64,000 bases of DNA, from assembly GCF_036321535.1 (NCBI RefSeq), contig NC_087436.1, positions 60,576,001-60,640,000 of the forward strand. The letters run 5' to 3'. Each line of letters begins with the position of its first letter. Position 1 is the stretch's first letter. The notes under the pieces are model-generated. The model was not told the DNA's origin and searched no databases. It saw only the letters and a program-made list of their open reading frames with translations. Both the position numbers and the translations under genes were made by a program. The DNA comes from Camelus dromedarius. Lineage: Eukaryota. Shown here in pieces: positions 14,257 through 27,600 of this stretch.

Positions 14257-14748
14257 TCTAGTCCCTGACTACAGTGGTTCAACTTACAATTTTTTGACTT
14301 TCTGATGGTGTGAAGGTAATACACATTCAATAGAATCCATACTTTGAATTTTGATCTTTTCCAAGGCCAGCAACATCCAGTACCATACTCTCGTGGTGCT
14401 GGGCAGTGGCAGCAAGCTGCAGCTCCCAGTCAGCCACATGACTGTGAGGGAAAGCCACCAATGCACTTAACAACCATTCTGTCACCCTACGACCATTCTG
14501 TTTCACTTTCAGTACAGTATTCAATATATTACATAAGATACTCAACACTTGACTAAAAAATAGGCTTGTGTTAGATGATTTTGCCCAGCTATGGGCTAAT
14601 GTAGTTGTTCTGAGCACATTTAAGGTAGGCTAGGCTAAGCTGTGGTGTTGGGTAGGTAAGGTGTATTAAAGGCATTTTTGACTTAGGATGTTTTCAACTT
14701 TCATAGGGTTTATCAGGATGTAACCTCACTGTATGTATGTAAGATCTG
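14257..14748 (-). mobile_element. MER47/Tigger5-family (TcMar-Tigger) non-autonomous DNA transposon
   Basis: gtccctgact...ggttcaacttacaattttttgacttt...tgagcacatttaaggtaggctaggctaagct...gggtttatcaggatgtaacc...atctgTA matches the MER47A/B consensus as recalled. Confidence 0.85.
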
Positions 14749-15609
14749 TAGTAATGTTACACTGTTGGTATTTGTCATTTCTAAGATCTCAGTACTCTAT
14801 ATCCACCACCCTCTCCCCCTGACCCACCGACCCATATTGTATTTTTTATGTGGAGGTTATAACTGATAAAGAAGTCTAGAGTTTCACAGGTACAGTATTT
14901 ACCCTATTGTGAGGTTGACCCAAGAGTCTACAAAGGAAAAGTCAGGGCTTTTAATATATATCTTGTTTAGCTTCAATTATGATAAGCTACTTATTGCAAG
15001 GATAAGAGGTGCTTCTTTACCAACATTATAAATATCAAGAAAAGTATATTTATCTTCAAGCACTGGTTCTGTGAATCTTTCTCGCCCTTGGTATGGTCTA
15101 AATATAACACTGCTTCTGCTTAAAAGTCTTCAGTTCAAGACAGTTAGAACACGGTACTTGTAGCATTTGCACTGATAGCTCCGTAGCATTTGCTTCTTAT
15201 CTGTGTCACTAGGATGGGACGTACCCAGGATGTAAAAGGCCCAACTAGCATGCAGTACAAAAGGCTTCAGCTGTATCCTAGGCAGCTGAGAGAAGGGGAA
15301 CCAACAGTCAGGTTTATGCACCAGTGTGAGAAAGGGAAAATACTGCAGCTCATCGGAGAGTCACATGTGGCTAGTCAATGAGATAAGGCAAAGGCTGCCA
15401 TTCTTAAAATAGATTTTTTTTTTTGTTTCACTCTTTTCCAAGAAAAGCTTTTTTAAAAAATAAGATTAGCAATAAGATGAAAGTAGAACAACAGTGGGTA
15501 ATATGCATTGAGAAAATATATGATAAACATTTATTGGGACACCTAGGTAACAAAGTACTAAGGCCAGTCCAGCACTTAGCAGATGCTCAGTAAATATTCA
15601 GTGTTGTTA

Positions 15610-15781
15610 TGACTGTGTGCTGGTCATTCTAGGCTAATTTATGTAAATTATCTCATTTAGTACAACACTCTGAGAAAGGTTTTATTATTACCGTCTTCCA
15701 GCTGAGACATCTAAATTGCTCAAAATCTCACCTGGACCATCTGCCACCAGGTCAATCTGCCACCAGATGCCATGCTCTTAA
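15610..15781 (-). mobile_element. MIR SINE remnant
   Basis: attatctcatttag..acaacactctgagaaaggttttattattacc...catgctcttaa. Confidence 0.6.
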
Positions 15782-17039
15782 AAGCATATTTTCTCCTGGA
15801 CTTCCAAACAACAGGCAGTACGCAGAGTTGTTGGAGGAAGGGGACTACACACAAGATATTTAGAGTGATTGTGCAGCCGTTTTGCTTCTCAGCAGTGACG
15901 GAATTAGGAATCATCCTCAATATATAGGTTTCCAGCACACACATAGAGTCATGTATCCATCCCACCTAATCTTTGAGACAGCTGATTCAGTTGCGGCATT
16001 AAATACAGAATATTCTATGTGTTCTTTGTTTTTCCTCTCTCTGATATATAGTTCAGGAGCTTCCATAGAATAAAAACCAAAGACAGATAGAAATGAACCA
16101 AAATAAAGAAGGGAGAATAGTTGAAAAAAATAAATGCAGAACTCTATATTGATTTACTGTGAGGTCAATAATGTAATCAGAAATAATGGATGCTTTAAAA
16201 GTAATTAAAAGAACACAAATAAACATTTAGTGTTTAATTAAAGGAAGAAAAAAGACATTAGACAAAGCAAACACTATTCATTTGTTGTGATGAGGAAATA
16301 ATCTTTTATTCAAATCCTCTGTGGAATGATGCAGAGTCAATAAATATATAAACATCATGACTAAGTGTAACATCTGCCATGGATTTATTGGATCATTACT
16401 TTTTATTATGAAAATCAAAATGAACTTGTTGCAGGGACTTGGGAGAGAAGACAATTTCCAGTGTAAAGCTAAGAAAGAGAAGGCCTGTGACCCAGGCAAA
16501 GCTTTATTGGTTGTTCAGAAAGAGTGAAGAGAGAAACTCAAGCGATGTTTCAAACCATTCTGAAAACTGTAATTTTTCTGACACATATTTAAGGGACAAA
16601 GTGAACAATTTATTTCTGACAATTTTATCATCTTTATTCTGTTAGAAACACTCTAATGAAAAGGCCTAAGCCAGAAAAAATGCTATGCATAGAATTCATA
16701 ATAAGCTATTTTACCCTGTAATAAAAAGTTAATCAACTTACTCTTTGCAGATTTAATAACCATGTGGTTAAAATTATTCTCTCTCTGATTTTTGCCCCTG
16801 TAAATAGGTCACTCACATATATGTCAACAATTCTTTCAGCCTCTAATTTTTTTCTGATAAAAGTGGTAACAAACATTTAGGTAGTAGCAGAGGTAGCGCA
16901 GGTATTTACTCATACAATACTTCACGTTGCATTTTGAGAGTTTTAAGTTTTTGAAGCTGAATTTTATCTTTTGTAAGCAGATCAACTTAATGTTTTAGTA
17001 AGAATTTTTTTGTCAAGGAATTGGATAAATAATACTTCA

Positions 17040-17213
17040 CTGTAGTTAGGGCTCTGGAGCTAGACTGCCTATGTCTGTTCATTCATTGAAAAAATAAGTA
17101 ATTGCAGTAACTTCTACCAGTGGTTGGTTTCTTAAATGAAACAATGCATGTGAACTCTTGGAACAGTTCAAATACAGAGTAAACACTAAATAAACCTTAG
17201 CCATGATTGTTAT
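17040..17213 (+). mobile_element. MIR SINE remnant
   Basis: ggctctggagctagactgcct...taaatgaaacaatgcatgtgaa...agagtaaacactaaataaa. Confidence 0.65.
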
Positions 17214-18747
17214 CCCATGTCAGAGTAAGATGAAAAATTAAGCATTTAACAATACTGTATCTGAATGACCTTTTAAGGATATATCCAGCCCATTATCTTT
17301 CTTGGTAATCCTCAAGAAAGATATCAGATCTGTTGAGACAGGGTAGAGAAAACTTTATCTGAGTAACCAAAAGAAACTAACAACCACGACTGGTGCAACA
17401 AAACAGTGGTAGAATTTCCAGTGTAGAGAAACTGCAACACCTGTTGAAATTGACTGCTGTGGTCAGCAGGGCATTGTTCCCTGGGCATTCACTGTCTCAG
17501 ATGCTAAACAAAGATATTCCAACTGGAGAGCTGAGATCCTGCTGAAGTTTTCCTTCTAGATCTTGAAAGCCCTGCATGTGGGCTGTTCCCAGCAGCATGG
17601 AGTCTGCTGGAACCTCAGGTTATCACAGGTACATGACAGTGCTGTGTTCCAGCTCTGCCTTTCTTACAGCTTCTCCCAAGTCTTTGCTCTCTTAGATGAA
17701 AGAAGACAAATCTTGTTCTTTGAGAGTCATTTTCTGGGTTTCACATGCATTGGTCTTGAAGCTATTGCCTTCCCTCTCTGCTTCTGAGCCCCATGGGTTC
17801 CTCCACCCTTTTGTGTATGAGCAGTTAGTTTTGTCTGAGGTATTTTCTCCCCATCAGGTATTAACACCAGTTTCCCATTTGTTTTTTGAAAGCAAACACC
17901 TGAGCCTTGGCTTGCTATGCTCTTGATAGCAAATTTCCTGTTTCTCAGAAGCCTTTCAGCATTTCCTCAATTCCCTAAGATACGGAAGCAGACTCTGTTT
18001 CTTTGTCATAACCTACACTCCCCACTGATTATTCCTCCAGATGTTAGCTTTAAGACTTGCCTCCAAATATCAATGCATTTGCAAAGATGAAATGGCTGGC
18101 TCCTTCAGAGCTCAATAGAAGAGTATATCTTTATCGGACTGACCCACTTTCCCTTTGATGTCTTATTCAGTCACCACCCAAGGGGCTGATCATCAAGAAT
18201 CCTATCCATGCAAACTTAAATAATAAGCAAATATACATATGTTTAAATGTATATAATAATATTTATTAATAGAAGAGGATTAATCTTTCGACATGAAAAC
18301 TGAAAATAGTTTATTCTCAAACTTCCTGTTGTGTATTACTATTTGCAACTAGGTCTATATCCAAGTGACACGAGAAAAGCTGGCAATTGTTGCTCTGCTG
18401 TGAAGTCTTATTAGGTGAGTCAGCTAATTACATGCCACTTTCATAAACGTGGCCGTCACTGAGCTACTTGTTATGCTTACCAACGAGAATGAAGATTTAT
18501 GATAAAATACTCTTTGCTATATAATGAAAATTTCTTCTGAAAATGATTTCACACTGATTCCTGATTTTTAGACCAATAAATAGATCAATTATTTTGTAAC
18601 TTATGGCTGAATGTATTTAAAACTAGATTCAGAGATACTGATAAATAGCATCCAAAATAACCCAAAGATAGATTTAATGTTTTAGCTTTTCTCTCTCTTT
18701 TCCCAAACCTTTTAAAAACAAACTAGTTTTCATTTCATTGGTTCCCT

Positions 18748-18796
18748 TTCTCTGTCTCTCTGTCTCTGTCTGTCTGTGTCTCTGTCTCTCTCTCTC
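18748..18796 (+). repeat. (CT)/(CTGT) pyrimidine-rich microsatellite ending in cAG|GTGATT
   Basis: Read directly from the sequence. Confidence 0.9.
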
Positions 18797-21539
18797 AGGT
18801 GATTGCCAAGCCTAAAGAAGCAGTTAGAAAGGCAACAGGCACAAAAATGAGTAATATGCTAATAGATGATCCAAAGTAGAGCATGAACAGCTTCTAAATA
18901 CGTATTATATCTGTGTAAGACTAGTTCTCTAAAAGTATTATTTCATTAAAATATAATTACATTTTTAACCTGAAAAGATTTCTTTGTAGGTATGAACCAC
19001 GTACAGTATGTGTTTACTATATGACTTACAGTTTTCATCAGTTTGACTGTTCCCAAGTGATCCAAGATGGTTGGTGATGTAGTAATTTGCAAATTGCTGA
19101 GACAAAATCCGAGTAGGTGTGTAACACATCTAATGAAGGAGTAGGTCACTTGGCCAGTAAAAAAGCCTAGTAGATAACCAATAGCCACATCTTCACTCAG
19201 CCTTGTTGCTAGGTTTTGCTTGTTGGTGGTGTATGCAATTTACGATGAAAATTATATGTTGTAGGTGCACTTTTTAATTAGGAGATTCATGATGGTCTCA
19301 GGACATGATCCCAGACATAATCAGTGGTCTAGTGTTTTGTGTGTGTGTTTGTGTATGTTTTCCTACATCCTAGAGCACATCTTATACAAGTGTGTAGTAA
19401 ATGTTGATAAAAAGGTTATGGACTAAGACATCTAAAACACAACAGGAGACTATGTTACCAAATCTTGCAAATTTTTTTGGAAAAGTTAGTTCAACAAAAT
19501 CTAACATACAGCTACATTGAAATAACAGTGCAAAAAATTTCACAATCCTGTCATTATAGACTTTTCTCTACAACTGCAACTAGGCCTGTCATTCTTTAAT
19601 TCTTGCCAATGCCTTGTCCTTCCACTTACTCATTCTCTTTACATGTATCTCACTACACATATAATGTTTCAACTCTTTGCCCTTTGTCTACACTTATTGC
19701 CTTGAAAAGAACAGATTAGTTCAATGGGCTTCAACCACAAGGCCCCTAGAGGCAAATAGTCACTAAGGCTGGTCCTGCCATATTTGCTGCATTATTAAGG
19801 ATACAGAGTGTTGAATGGACCAGGTCCACTGGTCATTTTAATTCTGCCCTAGTTCTAAACCATAGCTGTACTTTATCCAAAAATAAAAATTGAATTTTAA
19901 TTTAACCCTACATATTTGGAAAAAGAGATGGGGATTCATTAACTTCTCTTTAGCATGATTATTATACTTTGGTGTTGTTTACACCAAAACATGCCAATTT
20001 TCATGGTTTTTCATGTCATTGCATTTAATTACTAGAATGAATCTAAACACTCTTTATAGTTTGTAAAAAATATGATCATTACATTATTTTTATATTTATT
20101 TTCTATACATAATGTTAAGATAAAATATAGTGGTATTTCTGAACTACATATGCTATTATGGTTTTAAAGATTAACATTGTCCAAAGTATTTTTAATTTAA
20201 TTTCTTTTGTTTATAAAATTCTTAGCTGTTTTAAAAAATTGAAATTAATCTGATTTTGAGTTAGATGTCCTTTGCTCCCCAACCCAAATAACATTATTAG
20301 AACACTAAGAATTGACAACAAAAATTGAATATATTTTAACCTTACTTTTGTACAAGATTCTCATATTGCCCAATTCAGTTTTTCAATAAAATAAATGATA
20401 CTTCTCTTAGTGAAATATACTACCTACGCATTTATCATGTACTCCCCCTTTTAAGATGGAGAGTATATGATATACACATTTTTAAAAGTCTGTGCTACGT
20501 TTATTTAAACAGGAGTTCTCAGCCAGGTCTCTTATCAAAAACACTGAATGAATGCTGAGTTCAACCTATTTTCCCCTCTTAAGTTAGAGTTCTTTATTTA
20601 GTTTCTTTCTTTAGTTTTAGGGTTACTATATCTCTCCTCCATCCCCATTATTTGAGCTGTTGAATTATTTGCGGTTGACTAACATTGTTCCAGAATGCAC
20701 CAAAATATCTTGCAGTGTAAAAGCAGTGGGAATGAGTTCTTCTGTTAGTTTGATTGTGAGAGATAGATGCTAGGTAATGGATGAAGCCCTATTGTTAGAA
20801 GTATCACCATGTATTTCTTCTCAAAGCCTCTAGAAAACCCTGATGATGTGCCAACAATATTTTACATATGTCAAAATTGAAGACTTTATAAAAAAACTGA
20901 TGTATTCACACTGACAGCAAGTACATTGGTATGCCCTGCACCAAGTTACATCAGAGTTTAGAAACAGTTGGTGAGGTTTAGTAGTGGTTTTTAAGGAGCA
21001 TACTAAATCAGGCATTCACAGCGTCTTAGAAACCTGCATTTTTAACAAGGACCCCAGATGATTGTAAATTTTGCTTAAGAGTGTGGTTTGGGGAAGCAAC
21101 TTTATCTTCTTTGTATGTTAGATTAAATATACAGTGAAATTAAATATGTCATGCAACTGAACAAAAATAACTTTTATACACAATATTCATATAGCTAAGG
21201 ATACTGTAGTTTGAAACATGAAGCCAAATGCACTAGTATGTATATAGTCGTAGTCATAATGATCAATATGCTAACTGAAAGTTACATAACAATATGAAAC
21301 ATTAATGACAAATCTAAACATAAGCAAAGTTAATGAAATTTGAGTTGCCATTTGAGTCAGAGTTTGATCAAGGAACCAGATGACACTCTGTTTTCCAAAT
21401 ATGTAAGTTTTTAAGACAGGGAATTATCCCCTTACACAGTCAATAGAAAGACTGTGGGAGGTACTGAGTCAGGGGAGCTGCCATCAACTTGCTCAGGTTG
21501 TAACTGTAAGTTGAGTGGCTCCCATACCCCTGTCCAGAA

Positions 21540-21713
21540 GGGAGCCAGATGGTCAGCTGTGTCTCTCTCCCCAGATCGATATGCTTCCCAGCCCCCCTTG
21601 GCTAGTTCCCTACTCCCTCACTTTCCCTTTTTTGGAACTGTACTTCCCAGGAAAACATTTAGCAGTTAAGCCTCATCTTATTTTCTGTTTTATAGAGAAC
21701 TTCAGCTAAGACA
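21540..21713 (+). mobile_element. Old ERVL-type LTR 3' part (LTR16/LTR33-like)
   Basis: Ends ...cctcatcttattttctgttttatagagaacttcagctaagaca, the typical ERVL LTR terminus. Confidence 0.5.
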
Positions 21714-21817
21714 AGCATCAATTGGTAATTGATTATATATTAGCTGTTTGACAATTTTGTTTAAAAAGAACTTGAGTTAGTGTTTTAGGGGAGAAGAGGC
21801 CAGTTACAGCCATTTCT

Positions 21818-22834
21818 TTTTTTTTTTTTTTTTTGAGGTATAGTTTACTTGCAATGTTGTGTTAGTTTCTAGTGTACAATATAGTGAGTCAGTTATAGAT
21901 ATAAATATATATATATATATTCTTTTTTGTATTATTATAAACAATTGAATATAGTTCCCTGTGCTATACAGTAGGACCTTGTTGTTTATCTATTTTATAA
22001 TTAGTAGTTTGTATCTGGTTTTCCCAAACTCATAATTTATCCCTCCCCACCCCCCTTTCCCCTTTGGTAACCGTAAGTTTTTTTAATATGCCTGTGAGTC
22101 TCTTTCTGTTTTGCGAATAAGTTCATTTGCATCATTTTTTTTAAGATTCCACATATAAGTGATATCATGTGACATTTGTCTTTTTCTGTATGGCTTACTT
22201 TACATAATATGATAATCTTAGTCTAGCCATGTTGCTGCAAATGGCATTATTTCATTCTTTTTAATGGCTGAGTAGTATTCCATTATACATATATACACTA
22301 CATCTTCTTTATCCAATCATGTCAATGGACATTTAGGTTGCTTCTACGTGTTGGTTTATTGTAAATAGTACTGAACATTGGTTGTGCACTGATCTTTTTG
22401 ATTAGAGTTTTCTCCAGATATATGCCCAGGAGTGGAATTGCTGGATCATAGGGTAACTCTTATTTTTAGTTTTTTAAGGAATCTCCCTACTGTTTTCATA
22501 ATGGCTACACCAAATTACGTTCCCACCAACAGTATAGGAGGGTTCCTTTTTCTCCACATCCTCTCTAGCATTTATGGTTTGTGGACCTTTTAATGATGGC
22601 CATTCTGACTGGTGTCACGTGATACCTCATTGTGGTTGTGATTTGCATTTCTCTGATAATTAGCAGTATTGAGCATCTTCTTATATGCCTGTTGGCCATC
22701 TGTATGTCTGCATTGGAGAAATGTCTGTTTAGGTCTTCTGCCCCCTTTTTTTTTTTTTTTTTTTTTGATTGGATTGTTTGTTTCTTTGTTATTGAGTTTT
22801 ATGAGCTGTTTGTATATTTTGGAAATTAAGCCCT
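21818..22834 (-). mobile_element. L1 LINE, 5'-truncated (about 1 kb: ORF2 C-terminus and 3'UTR) with TSD
   Basis: Poly-T tail and antisense ORF2 C-terminal sequence. TSD cagttacagccatttct (21801-17) / cagtgacagcaatttct (22835-51), 15/17 identical. Confidence 0.93.
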
Positions 22835-23724
22835 CAGTGACAGCAATTTCTGCTCCGTTCAGCTTCTAATAAGTAAGTCTGTACTTTCCTTATTTGCAGT
22901 GGAGGGCCATTCCATTGTAATATTTTGATGATCATTTTTATTTTCATGGGTCATATGCAGAGATAAAATACTAAACTTACACGATATCACTGTCCTTAAA
23001 GCAATCCCATCAATAAAAGGAGACCAGAGATATTCTAGAAATAGTGCCTATTACAGAGAGAAAAAAGGTCTTCTTTTACTATATCTACGTACTTTACCCT
23101 ATAGAACCTACAGATCACAGGTTCTCTTCCTAAACATGCAGGTATATATCAGAAGCGAGAGTTTTTTTCTTCTATTTTACTACCCAAATGTATTCTGGCT
23201 TAATACATCATTATAATGAAAACTTTGGAACAAAATATGTTTTTTCAAAGGTGTTCAATATTTATTACATTGATTTTTTTTTCTTTGTGGTAAAAATTAA
23301 TAGAAGCTGCATTTCATATTGTCAAATATGATTGTTTTGCAAACAAGCCCTTAATATCCATAAGATACAAATTTTCAATGTTCCTTTTTGTAACATTCAA
23401 TGCATAATTAGGCACAGTTCTAAATTGGAGTTGAAATTTATTGATCTTGGTAGATAACTTTTTTTTAGAGATAGTTTTATAAAACAGTAAATGTATATGT
23501 ATAGAGATAAAATTCTAACTGGTGATTATCTGAAATGTTTGGTATTATATTCTCTTTTGGAATAGATGCCAAATATTTTAGTATGTTTAAAAATCTATTA
23601 ATATTATGGGGTTGACAAATTTAGATTATATAATCATATTCAGAAAAACATTAGAGTTAGAGAAGAGCTACTGAAATGAATATATACACTTCTAAAAACT
23701 TGTAATTAAAAAATTACCAACATG

Positions 23725-23985
23725 TGTAGGGGTGGAAGAATGTTCCCTTCTTCCATTTTAGGTTCTAAGGCTGGTCTAATAACTAAATTGACATAGGACA
23801 GATTACCAGGAGAAAGACATTTAATTTTGTACATACGGGATCCCCACCAAGATATGAGATTCAAAGACAACCAGGCAATTGAGGTTTATATACCATTCTG
23901 AGCATCCAGTGAATTACCTTCCTCCCCTTGAAGAAGGAACAAGCAGATGTTCGATAATCACATGTTTGTTTTACCATTCAATCTA
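23725..23985 (-). mobile_element. 3' LTR of the provirus (partial; U3 start missing)
   Basis: Colinear with 34141-34415 (taggttct..ctggtcta..ctaaattgacata..cagatta...agcagatgtt..taatca.atgtttg). Confidence 0.85.
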
Positions 23986-24619
23986 TAAGCCCAGTTTGAG
24001 TCCTGTGGGCAGCCCACTGAGAATATTTCTAGCTGTCAGGGCCAAAGCATCTTTTGCAATGTGAATGTCTCTGATGTCATTGGGTGTTCAGGTAAATTTT
24101 CTAAGTGCCATGAAGACTATCCATACATGAGCAATTACAGTGATTTCTGGGAAGTTTATATCAAGTTGTTCACATTTAGTTTGCAGGGCTTCATGAAAAG
24201 GGTAGTTTAGTTTGTTTGTTTTATTGAAGTACCATCAGTTACAATGTATCAATTTCTGGTGTACAGCACAAAGTCCCAGTCATGCATATACATACATATA
24301 TTCATTTTCATATTCTTTTTCATTAGAGGTTATTACAAGATATTGAACATAGTTCCCTGTGCTATACAGAAGAAACTTTTTGAAATCTATGTTTATATAT
24401 AATGGCTAGCATTTGTAAATCTCAAACTCCCAAATTTATCCTTTCCCACCCCCTTTCCCTGGTAACCATGAGATTGTTTACTAAGTCTGCGAATCTATTT
24501 CTGTTTTGTAGATAAGTTCATAGTGTCCTTTTTCCTTTAGATTCCACATATGAATGATACCATATGGTATTTTGCTTTCTCTTTCTGGCTTACTTCACTT
24601 AGAATGATGTTCTTTAGGT

Positions 24620-27600
24620 CATCCATGTTACTGCAAATGGCATTATTTTATTCTTTTTAGGGCTGAGTAGTATTCCATTGTATAAACATACCACAGCTTC
24701 TTTATGTAGTCATCTGTTGATGGACATTTAGGTTGTTTCCATGTCTTGGTTTATTGTAAATAATGCTGCTATGAACATTGGGGTGAGTGTATTTTTTTGA
24801 ATTAGAGTTCCCTCCAGATATATACCCAGAAGTGGGATTGCTGGATCATATGGTAACTCTATTTTTAGTTTTTTGAGGAGTCTCCATACTGTTTTCCATA
24901 ATGGCTGCACCAAACTACATTCCCACCAACAATGTAGGAGGGTTCCCTTTTCTCCACACCCTCTCCAGCATTTATTATTCATGGACTTTTTAATGATGGC
25001 CATTCTGACTGGTGTGAGGTGATACCTCATTGTAGTTTTAATTTGCATTTCTCTGATGATTAGCAATATTGAGCAATTTTTCATGTTCCTACTGGCCATT
25101 TGTATATCTTCATTGGAGAATTGCTTTTTTAGGTCTTCTACCCATTTTTGGACTGGGTTATTTGTTTTGTTGTTATTAAGTTATATGAGCTGTTTATATA
25201 TTCTGGAAATTAAGCCTTTGTCAGTTGCATCATTTGCAAATATTTTCTCCCATTCTATAGATTGCAGTTTTGTTTTGCTTATTGTTTCCTTTGCTGTGCA
25301 AAAGCTTATAAGTTTAATTAGGTCCCATTTGTTTATTTTTGCTCTCACTTCTATTGCCTGGGTAGACTCCCCTAAGAAAAAGGCTAAGATTTACATCAGA
25401 GAATGTTTAGCCTATGTTTTCTTCTAGGAGGTGTATTGTGTCTTGTCTTATATTGAAGTCTTTAAGCCATTTTGAGTTCATTTCTGTGTGTGGAGTGAGG
25501 GAGTGTTCTAACTTCATTGATTTACATTGCTGCTGTTCAGTTTTTCCACACCACTTGCTGAAGAGATTGTCTTTTCTCCATTGTATATTCTTGCCTCTTT
25601 TGTCAAAGATTAATTGACCTTAGGTCTGTGGGTTTATTTCTGGGCTCTCTATTCTGTTCCATTGATTCATATGTCTGTTTTTATGCCAATACCATGCTGT
25701 TTTCATTATGTAGCTATGTAGTATTGTCTGAAGTTTGGGAGGGTTATTCTCCCAGCTTCATTCTTTTTTTTCAATATTGCTTTGATAATACTGGGTCTTT
25801 TGTGGTTCCATGTAAATTTTAGGATTATTTGTTCTAGTTCTATGAAAAATGTCCTGGGTAATTTGATAGGGATTGCATTAAATCTATAGATCACCTTGGG
25901 TAGTATGGCCATTTTAATGATATTGATTCTTCCAATCCAAGAGCACAGAATATCTTTCCATTTCTTTAAGTCATATTTAATTTCCTTAATCAATGTTTTG
26001 TAATTCTCCATGGATAAGTATTTCACTTCCTTGGTCAGATTTTTTCCTAAGTATTTTATTGTTTTGGATGTAACTTTAAAAGGGATTGTTTCTTTACTTT
26101 CTTTTCCTGCTAATTCATTGTTAGTGTAAAGAAATGCAACTGATTTCTGTATGTTAATCTTGTATCCTGCTACCTTGCTGAATTATTTTATCAGTTCTAG
26201 TAGTTTTTGGAGCTTTTAGGGTTTTCTATATATAGTATCATGTCACCTACATATAGTGACAGTTTTACCTCTTCTCTTCCATTATGGATCCCTTTTCTTT
26301 CTTTTTTCTTGCCTGATTGCTCTGTCTACGACTTTCGAAACCATGTTGAATAGAAGTGGTGAGAGTGGACATCTTTGTCTTGTTCCAGATTTTAGTGGGA
26401 AGGCTTTCAGTTTTTCACTGTTGAGTATGATGCTGGCTGTAAGTTTGTCATAAATAGCTTTTATTATGTTGAGATATGTTCCCTCTATATCCACTTTGGT
26501 AAGTTTTTATCAAATGCTTTTCTGCATCTGTTGAGATCATGTGTTTTTTGTCCTTTCTTTTGTTGTTGTGGTGCATCACATTTCGAGAAACTTTGCCTAT
26601 GTTGAACCATCTTTATGTCCCTGAGATGACTCCAACTTGATCATAGTGTATGATCTTTTTTATGTGCTGTTGGATTCTGTTTGATAGTATTTTGTTAAGG
26701 ATTTTTGCATCTTTGTTCATCAGTGATATTGACCTATAATTCTCTTTTTTTGGTAGTGTCTTTGTCTGGTTTTGGTGTCAGGGCAATGGTGGCTTCATAG
26801 AATGAGTTTGGGATTACTCCCTCTGCATTCTTTTGGAAGAGTTTGAGAAGGACTGGTATGAATTCTTCTTTGTATATTTGATAGAATTCCCCATTGAAGC
26901 CATCTTGTCCTGGACTTTTGTTTGCAGGGAGGTTTCTTATTGCTAATTCTATTTCATTTCTATTGATCAGTCTGTTCAAGTGGTCTGTTTCTTGATTCAG
27001 TCTTGGTAGGCTGCATGTTTCGAGAAACTTGTCCATTTCTTCAGGTTGTCCAATTTGTTTCCATATAGTTGTTCATAGCATTCTTTTTTTTTTTTTTTTT
27101 TTTGTATTTCTGCAGTATTGGTTGTAATTTCTCCCTTTTCCTTTCTTATTGTTTATTTGTATTCTCTCTTTTCTTCTTGGTGAGCCTGTCCAGAGGTTTG
27201 TCAATTTTGTTTACTCTTTCAAAAAAGCAGCTCTTGGTTTGATTGATTTTTCTATTTTTTTTAATCTCTATTTTATTTATTTTCTCCCTGTTCTTTATTA
27301 TTTCCTCCTTCTGTTGACATTTGGTTTTGTTTGCTCTTCTTTTTCTAATTCTTTTAGGTGATAGGTTAGGTTGTTTACTTGAGATTGTTCTTCTATTTTG
27401 AGGAAGGCCTGTATCTCTATGAACTTCTTCTCTCTTAGGACTGCTTTTGCTGCATCCCATAGATTTTGTGTGGTTTTGTTTTCATTGTCCTTTATCTCAA
27501 AGTATTTTTTTAATTTCTTTGATTTCATCATTGACCCATTGATTTTTTTTTAGTAGCATGTTGTTTAATCTCCATGCTGTCATTTTTTTTTCTCCTTTCT

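Noticed and set aside
15739..15770. ATCTGCCACCAG direct repeat as CTCF sites
   Set aside because: The 3' half of the CTCF motif does not match, and it lies within a MIR remnant.
18748..18796. Orthologue of the human intron-4 CT-rich Lewy-body risk haplotype
   Set aside because: As recalled, that element lies close to exon 4, which is outside this window.
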